Shown: in pieces, positions 7,524-15,118 of the stretch
Numbering within the stretch: position 1 is the first letter of the stretch
How the letters are laid out: every line of letters begins with the position of its first letter
Translations under genes and position numbers: made by a program
Notes under the pieces: generated by a model
Seen by the model: the letters and a program-made list of their open reading frames with translations, nothing else
Told to the model about the DNA's origin: nothing
Databases searched by the model: none
DNA from: Candidatus Rokuibacteriota bacterium
GTDB lineage: Bacteria; Methylomirabilota; Methylomirabilia; Rokubacteriales; DASRDR01
Direction of reading: 5' to 3'
Assembly (NCBI GenBank): GCA_044866005.1
Contig: JBIOTN010000113.1
Coordinates: 1 to 17,899 of the forward strand
Length of the DNA stretch: 17,899 nt

Positions 7524-9064
7524 TGCACGACTTCCCGCACCCGCACGAGCACGAGGACCACGAGGGCGATCCCCGGGGGCTGCCCGATGAGACCCACCCC
7601 GCGTGGGGCGCCGAGCGCGTCGAGCTCCGGAGCGTCGGCATCGACATCGGCTCCTCGACCTCGCACCTGACGTTCTCCCGCCTCGTGCTCCGCCGCCTGG
7701 GCCGGGAGCTCAGGAGCCGCTTCCGCGTGGTGGAGCGCGCGGTGGTCCACGAGTCCCCCATCCTGCTGACCCCGTACCGGGACCCCGCCACCATCGACGC
7801 GGCCGCCCTGCGCGCGTTCATCGAGGAGAGCTACCGCCGGGCCGGGCTGTCGCGCGACCTCGTGGACACGGGGGCGGTGGTGGTCACGGGCGAAGCCGCC
7901 AAGAAGGAGAACGCCGAGGCGATCCTGGCCCTCTTCGCGCGCGACGGCGGACGGTTCGTCTGCGCCGCCGCCGGCCCGCGGCTCGAGGCCATCATGGCCG
8001 CCCATGGCTCGGGCGCCGTGGCGCGGTCCCGGACCGGCGGGCCCGTCCTCAACGTCGACGTCGGCGGCGGGACCTCGAAGCTCGCCCTCTGCCGGGACGG
8101 CGAGGTCGTGGACAGCGCGGTGATCAACGTGGGGGGCCGTCTGGTCGCGCACGACGAGGGTCGGGTCACCCGCCTGGAAGAGGCCGGCCGCTGGCTGGCC
8201 GAGGCGGCCGGCGTGCGCCTGGAGCTCGGCGACCGCCTGGTCGGCGCCGCGGGCGACGCGACCACGGAGGCGCTCGTCGGCCGCATGGTCGACTGTCTCT
8301 TCGAGGTCGTCGCGCGGCGCCCGCTCTCCCCGCTCAGCCGGCGGCTCATGCACACCGGGCCGCTCGCCGGGCCGGACGCGCCGGCGAGCCTCATGTTCTC
8401 GGGCGGCGTCAGCGAGTACGTCTACGGCCGCACGGAGGCCGACTTCGGAGACCTGGGGCCCCGGCTCGGCGCCGCCATTCGCCGCCGGCTCGACGGGCCC
8501 GGGCTCGGCGCGATGCTGGTCGAGCCGGACGCGACCATCCGGGCCACGGTGATCGGCGCGGCCCAGTACACGGTCCAGGTGAGCGGGAGCACCATCTTCC
8601 ACCCGGGCCGCGGGCGCCTCGCGCTCCGCAACCTCCCCGTCTTTCCCGTCCGCCTCGCCGGCCCGCTCACCGCCGCCACCGCGGCCGAGGCGGTCCGCCG
8701 CGCCATCGACGGCCACGATCCCGCCGAGCTCGCCGGCCCCATCGCGCTGGCGATCGCCTGGGCGTTCGGCTCGAGCTACGAGGAGCTGCGGGCGCTCGGC
8801 GAGGGGCTCACGAAGGCGCTCGGCCGGCGCGAGGCGCCCATCGTGCTGGCATTCGATCGCGACATCGCGCAGCTCGTCGGCCACCTCCTCACGGAGGAGC
8901 TCGACGCCGGCCCGAACGTCGTCGCGGTCGACGAGCTGGATCTCCAGACCTTCGACTACATCGACGTCGGCGACCCCCTCCCCGTCTCCGGCATCGTGCC
9001 GGTCGTGATCAAGTCGCTCGTCTTCCGCCCGGCGCCCGTCCTCGCCGCGCAGCCCGCCTCCTGA
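7523..9064 (+). CDS. eutA: EutA-like (ethanolamine ammonia-lyase reactivase family) ASKHA-fold ATPase, ~513 aa
   Basis: SVGIDIGSSTSHL.FS, SPILLTP, DTGAVVVTGEAAKKENA, FVCAAAGP.LEA.MAAHGSGA, NVDVGGGTSK, FSGGVSEY, TIRATVIGA, DYIDVG.P....VPVVIKSLVF. ATG overlaps the cupin stop (TGATG, 7521-7525); C-terminal part of the 6506..9064 ORF. Confidence 0.88.
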   Translation: MHDFPHPHEHEDHEGDPRGLPDETHPAWGAERVELRSVGIDIGSSTSHLTFSRLVLRRLGRELRSRFRVVERAVVHESPILLTPYRDPATIDAAALRAFIEESYRRAGLSRDLVDTGAVVVTGEAAKKENAEAILALFARDGGRFVCAAAGPRLEAIMAAHGSGAVARSRTGGPVLNVDVGGGTSKLALCRDGEVVDSAVINVGGRLVAHDEGRVTRLEEAGRWLAEAAGVRLELGDRLVGAAGDATTEALVGRMVDCLFEVVARRPLSPLSRRLMHTGPLAGPDAPASLMFSGGVSEYVYGRTEADFGDLGPRLGAAIRRRLDGPGLGAMLVEPDATIRATVIGAAQYTVQVSGSTIFHPGRGRLALRNLPVFPVRLAGPLTAATAAEAVRRAIDGHDPAELAGPIALAIAWAFGSSYEELRALGEGLTKALGRREAPIVLAFDRDIAQLVGHLLTEELDAGPNVVAVDELDLQTFDYIDVGDPLPVSGIVPVVIKSLVFRPAPVLAAQPAS

Positions 9065-9130
9065 CACCCGATCCGCGGCGGGCCCACGCGCACGTGCCCC
9101 GGCCGTCGCGTGTCGCCCGAGACATCTCGG

Positions 9131-9955
9131 CTATCGCAGTGACCAGTGGGCCAATCGCACCGCGTGCCAGACCATCCGGGCGCCGACCAGCGCCAGGGAG
9201 CCCGCCAGAAGGCGCCGGATCACGGGGGCCGATGCGCGTAACGACGCGCGGGCGCCGACCTGGGCCCCCAGGAGCACCCCGAGCCCCATGACAGCCGCCG
9301 TCACGATTCGCACGTGACCCAGCCCCCAGAACGTCAGGGCCCCCACGAACGCCGAGATACTGAGCACGAAGTGCGAGGTCGCCGTGGCGACGTGCACGGG
9401 GAGTCCCAGCGCCACGATGAGAAACGGCACATGGATGACGCCGCCCCCGATCCCGAGGAGGCTGGAGAAGAGTCCCACCAGCACGCTGACGAGGACGCCC
9501 TTCCCGGCGTCCACCCGGTACACGTGGGGTTCGCCGGTGACATCGACGACCTGCCGGACCGCGGCCCGGGAGGAAGGGCGTGCCGTCCGCCCGGCGAAGA
9601 GGAGCGCCGCGATCACGATGAGGACCAGGCCGAAGCCGAGACTGAATACGTACGACGTGAGGGTGCGGGTCAAATAGGCGCCGCCCACCGCACCGGGCAC
9701 GGTCGCCGCGGCGAATCTCCAGCCCAGGGAGAGATCCACGCGGCGCTGCCGGAGATAGGCGATGGCGCCCGACAGCGCGTTCAGGAAGACCACCGCGAGC
9801 GAGGTCCCGACGGCATCGGCGGGCGGGAAGTGGTAGCCGAGCAGCAGGATCGGCACCACGAGAAAGCCGCCCCCGGCGCCGATCAGTGTTCCGAACGCGC
9901 CGATCAGGAGGCCGGCGACCAGCAGGATCAGCCCGTCGAGAAAAGGCGTATCGAT
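9131..9955 (-). CDS. TauE/SafE (TSUP) family membrane transporter; start uncertain
   Basis: Two internal repeats GTLIGAGGGFLVVP...AVGTSL and SSLLGIGGGVIHVP...ATATS, with multiple hydrophobic helices. The first repeat lies upstream of the GTG at 9859, so the gene must start near 9955-9931. Confidence 0.88.
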   Translation of the reverse strand: MDTPFLDGLILLVAGLLIGAFGTLIGAGGGFLVVPILLLGYHFPPADAVGTSLAVVFLNALSGAIAYLRQRRVDLSLGWRFAAATVPGAVGGAYLTRTLTSYVFSLGFGLVLIVIAALLFAGRTARPSSRAAVRQVVDVTGEPHVYRVDAGKGVLVSVLVGLFSSLLGIGGGVIHVPFLIVALGLPVHVATATSHFVLSISAFVGALTFWGLGHVRIVTAAVMGLGVLLGAQVGARASLRASAPVIRRLLAGSLALVGARMVWHAVRLAHWSLR

Positions 9956-10015
9956 CCTCGGCGGCCGGCGTGGTTCCCTGCTCGACGGGAGGAGACCGAG
10001 GCCCTGGTCCCGTGG

Positions 10016-10579
10016 TTACCGGGCGATCCAATCGAGGCCCGCTTGCGCCGCTCGTCGCAGTTCCAGCGCGCGCACCCAGGCCTGTTGCTCCGCGGACGTC
10101 AGCCGCTCCTGTAGCCGGACGACCAACTGGTGAAACGCTTCGAGCGCCTCACCGCAATCCTCGGCCGCCTCCATCACCGCGGCAGTGCGTCGCCAGAGCC
10201 GGGTCACCTGGTCCTCGGCAATCCCACGATCGCCCTTCACCAGGCGCCGGTAATCGTCCCCGAAGGCCTCGTATTCGACCCGCGCCAGCCGTCCGTCTCT
10301 GAAGGCCGTTCGCAGGACCTCCGTCGGCCGGCCGGCGACGGGCGGCGTCCACAGGAGCCACGAGTCCAGGCGCGTGTCCGGCGTCGATATCGTTTCGCGG
10401 CCGGCCGCGCGTGCGACCTCCTGGACCGTCATGCCGGGGTTGAGCCGCTGGTACAGGGTCCCGAGATCGAGATTGGCGACGGGCAGAGTCTGATCAGCGA
10501 GCACCGGCAACCGGGCGGTGAGTAGCAGGCCCAGGAGCGCCAGGCTGGCGACCAGCCGCGGATCTCGTCGGCCGGACAT
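10016..10579 (-). CDS. Hypothetical exported protein, ~187 aa
   Basis: ATG at 10579 with GAGGT SD; basic N-terminus plus hydrophobic stretch (LVASLALLGLLLTA) and VLA cleavage-like site; L.PGMT.QEV motif reminiscent of the SmpA/OmlA/BLIP-like fold; helical C-terminus. Confidence 0.65.
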   Translation of the reverse strand: MSGRRDPRLVASLALLGLLLTARLPVLADQTLPVANLDLGTLYQRLNPGMTVQEVARAAGRETISTPDTRLDSWLLWTPPVAGRPTEVLRTAFRDGRLARVEYEAFGDDYRRLVKGDRGIAEDQVTRLWRRTAAVMEAAEDCGEALEAFHQLVVRLQERLTSAEQQAWVRALELRRAAQAGLDWIAR

Positions 10580-11045
10580 GCGGCACCTCATTTGCGCGTC
10601 ACTGCGGGAAAAGCGCCACGAGCGGCCACACGGCTGACTCGTGGGCGGGGGCGAGGACTCGCTCGAGTCGCCTCGCGCGCGGCTCACCTGGTTTCTTGGA
10701 GGTATCTTAACCGGACCATCGACAAAAGCCCAGGCGCGCTCGCCGCCGATCGCCGCCGTCGCGACCCGGGGCTCGCCACTCGTGTCGATGGCGCCGTGTG
10801 AAGGCTCCCACGGCGCTCGCCACCAGACCGCGGGCGGGACCTCCGCGCGCATCTGCCCCCGGGCGCGGCGACGCTCGCCTCCCCGGGAGCAGCATGGCGG
10901 AGAAGAGTTCCCTCGAATTCCGTGTCGGTCGTACAATGGCCGCCGGCGCCCAACGGGACGTCCGCCCGATGGGGCCGGCGGGTGAGACCCGGTCCCGACG
11001 ACTGCCCGGATCGACGCGACCGCCTCGTCGTGGAGGGACAGGATC

Positions 11046-14000
11046 GTGATGCCGCACTCCCCGCGTGTCGTCTCCGTCGAGCGTGTGGGGCCGGTCGTGG
11101 CTGGGGGCGCGAGGGCCCCGAGTCCCGTGCCGCCGTCCCCGAGGCCAGCCGGCCGCGCCCGGTGCCCCACCCTCGTCCTGCCGGTCGTCGCCGGCGGGCT
11201 CGTCGTCGCGCTCACCGTCGCCACCGTCCTGGCGCAAGGGAGCGATTCCGGCGGCCACCCCACGCTCAACGGGCAGGGCGTGTTCGCGGCGTGGAACCCC
11301 AGCGCCGGGCGCGGCTCCTCCGGTGGCTATGCGAGCGAGGACCGCCCCAACCTGGCGGGGTGGGACTACCGGATCAACGTCCCCTACGTCCGGCTCAACC
11401 CGACGTACTTCCGAAACCGGTCGGCCGCCGCGATGGTCGGCGTCGTGGAGGACACGACCCACGCCGCGGAGACGCTCGACCAGTCGCTCCACGTCAACAA
11501 CGCGATCTGGCTCTTCTCGGTCGACGCCGGCGGCGTCCTCCGCTTCAAGGTGCTGCCGAGCCGGCGGAGCGCGACCTCGAGCGCCGTGGAGAACGTGTCG
11601 AGCCTCTCCGCCGACTGGTACCCGGTGGGGCCGGCCGGGACGCTCTTCAAGGTCGAGAAGCCGAGCGCCGTCGTCCTGGGCCAGGGCATCGGGACCGCCA
11701 CCATCTACGCCGTGGCGCGGGCCACGGACGGCCGCCTGCTCCTCACCTCGCGGCGGGTCGACTCGCCGAGCATCACCACCTGGCCCACCCCGTGGGTCCG
11801 GGTCGCCCCGAGCGCGAGCAACCCCGCGAGCGCCTCGGCGGCGTTCGGCGACCGGGTGGCGATCGCCTGGCCGGTCGGCGCCCCCTCGCACATCGAGGCG
11901 CGGCTCTACAACCCGGCCACCGCCAACTTCGGCCCGGTCCGCAGGGTGACCGGCTCCGCCGGCGCGCCCCAGCTCGTCTGGGACGGCACCGCGCTCAACC
12001 TCTTCTACATCGGCCCGATCTTCCAGCAGCACGTCTGGCACACCTTCGCCACGCGGCCGCAAGGCTTCAGCTTCGAGCCGCCGACCCGCATCGGGGACAC
12101 CGTCATCAACGCCCACTGCGACGCGATCGCCTTCAACCGGCGGCTCCACGTCGCCTGCGCGCGCCTGGCCGGGACGTTCCGCGTCTGGTACAGCACCTCC
12201 ACCACGCCCTTCGGGACGCCGTCGGCCTGGGAGCCGGCCAGCGAGGTCGGGCTCGACGACCACAGCGAGCCGCAGCTCGGCACCGTGGGCGACCTCCTCT
12301 ACGTCGTGGCCTCGAGCCGAGACGGGGTCCTCCAGTACGCGCGGAAGGACCCGCACGTCGTCCCGTACGAGTGGACCGGCGGCCCCGAGCCCCGCGAGCA
12401 GTGGCTCGAGCGGGGCATCCCGGTCGACGGGCTGCAGGCCCAGCTCGGGATCCGGCTGTGGGGCGCGGAGCTCCTCTCCTTCAACCACGATCTCTACCTG
12501 ACGGCGGCCCAGAACTCGACCGAGCCCACGGCCGGCCTCTACCTGGTCAACATGAGCCGCGCCGCGCTGAAGAGCCTGATCCAGCGACGCCTCGGCATCC
12601 GCTTCGTGTGGGGGCGCGACGGCGACGGCGAGATCTTCCGGGCCGGCGAGGACCCCATCGCGACGCGGGGGGGGACGTTCCTGCTCGCCGACGTGAGCCA
12701 CGACGGGCGCGCGGACCTGATCCGCGCCGCCGAGGGGCCGCAGGGCGGGGAGCTCCGGGTGGCGCTCGCGATGGGGAGCGACCTCGCGCCCAGCACGGGC
12801 TGGCTCGCCAGCTTCGCCCGCCCGGGCGACGTCGTCCGGGCCGGCGACGTCGACGGGGACGGGTTCGCCGACCTGGTCCGGGCCTTCAAGGTCGGCGACA
12901 TCTGGAACGTGCACGTGGCGTACTCGTCGGGCACGGGGATCCGGTCCCAGATCATCTGGCGCGCCGGCCTGCTGGCGGGGGAGAGCACGCCGCTCATCGG
13001 CGACGTGACCGGGGACGGCAAGGCCGACCTCGTGCTGGTGCGCTTCGCCGACTCTCCCGCGCCCGTGGAGGTGGCGTGGGGCGGGCCCCGCAGCTTCGGC
13101 CGGCCCTCCACGTGGTCGCGCGCCATGGCGGTGAGGGGCGATCTCCCACTCCTCGCCGACGTCAACGGAGACGGGCGGAAGGACCTCGTCATCGTCTCGA
13201 GCACGCCCCCGTCCGGCGGCGGCGCCCCGCGGATCACGGTCGCCTTCTCCACGGGCAGCGCCTTCTCGTCGCGCATGGTGTGGGGGCTGGCGCCCGGGTC
13301 GGTCTGCCGATCGTACGACGTCGGGGACTTCAACCAGGACGGCCGGGAGGACCTCGTCTGCTTTCAGCGTGACCGGGCCTCCGGCGGACCCGACCGGCGG
13401 AGCGTCTACGTCCTCTTCTCCGAGGTGGTGCGGTTCTCCGAGCTGACCACGCTCCTGACGAGCTTCGTCGGGGAGCGGGAGCTGCCGCTGGTGGGCAACC
13501 TGAGCGGCGACACGAAGGGCACCTACACGCACGTCCCCGGCGACGCCGCCCGCCCGATCCTCGACCTCGTCAGCGTGAACCTGGACACCGGCCGGATCGG
13601 CTGGATGCCGGCGCTCTCCCTCTTCCCCGTCCCGTCCGGCGTGCCGTGGGAGCGCTACCGCTTCTTCACGGAGAAGGGGCTCGGCACCGCGATGTTCCCG
13701 GAGTGGCTCTGGACCACGACCCCGTGCGTGAAGCCGTGGCACCAGTACCTGCTCCTGGGCGCGGCCGGCAGCGGCTCCCCTCGCGTCACCCGGCTTTCCG
13801 TGCGCCCCGGGAGCTCGCAAGGCCACGTGCTCGAGGAGCTCGGCCACTCGGTCTTCGCCAATTGCATTCCCGGCCCCGACGATCCATTCGGCCTGCTGAA
13901 CGACATCTTTTCCCAGCCCATCAGCGGAGGCGGCTTCGAGGCGAACAACATGGCCGACAGCTGCAACGTCACGACCGTGCCGCCCACGCGCCTGCCCGGC

Positions 14001-14258
14001 GCGCCGAACTGGGTGGACTGCCGCGACCCGCAGCACTACTTCCTGGCGTTCATGAAGGTCTATCGCACGGCCGGTGACCTCTTCCGGGGCTCCATCGCCG
14101 TGGAGACCGACGCGGTCCGGAAGGCCGCCCTGCAGGCGCGGTACGCCTGGCTCAAGGCGCGCTGGTTCAACGGCGTGGAGTTCTACCGGGACCCCACGGT
14201 CGTGGACGCGCGCCGCGAGACCCACGGGCTCCAGTGCCTGCGCGACTACTGTCCGTGA
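11046..14258 (+). CDS. Large secreted protein with probable beta-propeller region, FG-GAP/VCBS-like repeats and zincin-like C-terminal domain, ~1070 aa
   Basis: GGAGG SD at 11032-11036; hydrophobic segment LVLPVVAGGLVVALTVATVLA; five D-x-[DNST]-x-D-G-x-x-D-L repeats; HVLEELGH near the C-terminus; normal amino-acid composition unlike overlapping frames. Confidence 0.85.
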   Translation: MMPHSPRVVSVERVGPVVAGGARAPSPVPPSPRPAGRARCPTLVLPVVAGGLVVALTVATVLAQGSDSGGHPTLNGQGVFAAWNPSAGRGSSGGYASEDRPNLAGWDYRINVPYVRLNPTYFRNRSAAAMVGVVEDTTHAAETLDQSLHVNNAIWLFSVDAGGVLRFKVLPSRRSATSSAVENVSSLSADWYPVGPAGTLFKVEKPSAVVLGQGIGTATIYAVARATDGRLLLTSRRVDSPSITTWPTPWVRVAPSASNPASASAAFGDRVAIAWPVGAPSHIEARLYNPATANFGPVRRVTGSAGAPQLVWDGTALNLFYIGPIFQQHVWHTFATRPQGFSFEPPTRIGDTVINAHCDAIAFNRRLHVACARLAGTFRVWYSTSTTPFGTPSAWEPASEVGLDDHSEPQLGTVGDLLYVVASSRDGVLQYARKDPHVVPYEWTGGPEPREQWLERGIPVDGLQAQLGIRLWGAELLSFNHDLYLTAAQNSTEPTAGLYLVNMSRAALKSLIQRRLGIRFVWGRDGDGEIFRAGEDPIATRGGTFLLADVSHDGRADLIRAAEGPQGGELRVALAMGSDLAPSTGWLASFARPGDVVRAGDVDGDGFADLVRAFKVGDIWNVHVAYSSGTGIRSQIIWRAGLLAGESTPLIGDVTGDGKADLVLVRFADSPAPVEVAWGGPRSFGRPSTWSRAMAVRGDLPLLADVNGDGRKDLVIVSSTPPSGGGAPRITVAFSTGSAFSSRMVWGLAPGSVCRSYDVGDFNQDGREDLVCFQRDRASGGPDRRSVYVLFSEVVRFSELTTLLTSFVGERELPLVGNLSGDTKGTYTHVPGDAARPILDLVSVNLDTGRIGWMPALSLFPVPSGVPWERYRFFTEKGLGTAMFPEWLWTTTPCVKPWHQYLLLGAAGSGSPRVTRLSVRPGSSQGHVLEELGHSVFANCIPGPDDPFGLLNDIFSQPISGGGFEANNMADSCNVTTVPPTRLPGAPNWVDCRDPQHYFLAFMKVYRTAGDLFRGSIAVETDAVRKAALQARYAWLKARWFNGVEFYRDPTVVDARRETHGLQCLRDYCP
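12681..13358 (+). repeat. Five FG-GAP/VCBS-like Ca-binding peptide repeats within the large CDS
   Basis: ADVSHDGRADLI, GDVDGDGFADLV, GDVTGDGKADLV, ADVNGDGRKDLV, GDFNQDGREDLV at roughly 50-55 aa spacing; a degenerate sixth (GNLSGDTKG) follows. Confidence 0.85.
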
Positions 14259-14280
14259 GTCGGCCTCGGCCGTCGGGACG

Positions 14281-15069
14281 GTGGCTTCGCCCGTGAGCCT
14301 CGCCGTGGAGACCGCGGTCCAGCGCCTCCTCGAGGGACGCGCGAGCCGCCGCCCGGTGGCGCCCCTGTCGGAGACGCATGGCGATCTCACGGTGGCGCAC
14401 GCCTACGCGATCCAGGACGCGCTCCGGGCCGAGCTCGAGCGGCGCGGCGAGCGGCCGATCGGCTGGAAGCTCGGCGCCACGAGCCCGGCCGGCCAGGCCG
14501 TCATGGGCGTCACGGAGCCGGCCTGCGGCTTCCTCTTCCCCCGTCGATACGCGAGCGGCGCCGAGGTCCCGGTGAGCGACTTCGTCAGCCTCGGTGTTGA
14601 GGCCGAGGTGGCCTTCCGGATGCGCGCGACGCTCGCCGGCCCCGGCGTCACCGCCGCCAGCGCGGCGCCGGCCGTGGAAGGCGCAGCGCCGGCCCTCGAG
14701 CTGCCGGACTTCATGTTCTCCGGGACGCCCCGCGTGGCCGACTTCGTCGCCAACAGCGTCCTGGCGCGGGCCATCGTGCTGGGGAGCCCGCTCGTGCCGC
14801 TCGCGGGGCTCGACCTGGCGCGGGAGGAGGTCGTCTACGAGCAGAATGGCGAGCCCGTCGGCACCTACACGGGCGCGGAGGTGATGGGCAACCCCTTGAA
14901 CGCGCTCGCCTGGCTCGCCAACCACCTGGCGACCCGCGGCCTCGCCCTCGCCCCCGGCGACGTCGTCATGTCCGGCGCCATCTCCAAGATCCTGCGCCCC
15001 AAGGCCGGCGACGCGGTCCGCGCGCGCTTCTCGCGCCTCGGCTCGGTCAGCATCACGGTCGTTCCCTGA
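14281..15069 (+). CDS. Fumarylacetoacetate-hydrolase-superfamily enzyme, 2-keto-4-pentenoate hydratase (MhpD)/4-oxalocrotonate decarboxylase-like, ~262 aa
   Basis: AYAIQ, IGWKLGATS, EAEVAF, PALELPD, VMGNPLNALAWLANHL, L.PGDVVMSG, F..LGSV. Start taken as GTG 14281 (alternative GTG 14293). Confidence 0.88.
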   Translation: MASPVSLAVETAVQRLLEGRASRRPVAPLSETHGDLTVAHAYAIQDALRAELERRGERPIGWKLGATSPAGQAVMGVTEPACGFLFPRRYASGAEVPVSDFVSLGVEAEVAFRMRATLAGPGVTAASAAPAVEGAAPALELPDFMFSGTPRVADFVANSVLARAIVLGSPLVPLAGLDLAREEVVYEQNGEPVGTYTGAEVMGNPLNALAWLANHLATRGLALAPGDVVMSGAISKILRPKAGDAVRARFSRLGSVSITVVP

Positions 15070-15079
15070 CGCGTCCCCT

Positions 15080-15103
15080 GCCGCCGCGCGCTTGGGCGGC
15101 GGC
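15080..15103. terminator. GC hairpin between convergent genes, possible bidirectional terminator
   Basis: GCCGCCG (15080-15086) / CGGCGGC (15097-15103) in the 49-nt gap between convergent stops; no U-tract. Confidence 0.3.
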
Positions 15104-15118
15104 TGAGACGGGCCAACT

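Noticed and set aside
7523..9064. Ethanolamine utilisation (eut) operon
   Set aside because: No eutB/eutC, microcompartment shell or aldehyde dehydrogenase genes in the window.
10580..11045. Riboswitch/ncRNA or small ORFs in the 466-nt divergent intergenic region (CACTGCGGGAAA near 10600; TACAAT at 10932)
   Set aside because: Only a fragmentary resemblance to a cobalamin-riboswitch box without the other conserved elements; no convincing -35 for the TACAAT; small ORFs lack recognisable features. An Rfam/Infernal scan would settle it.
12681..13358. CRISPR-like or DNA-level tandem repeat
   Set aside because: The repeats are degenerate at nucleotide level and in frame within a CDS; they are protein FG-GAP repeats.
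14074..14280. N-terminal extension of the FAH-family ORF
   Set aside because: Overlaps the end of the 1070-aa gene and has shadow-frame composition; family similarity begins after ~14290.
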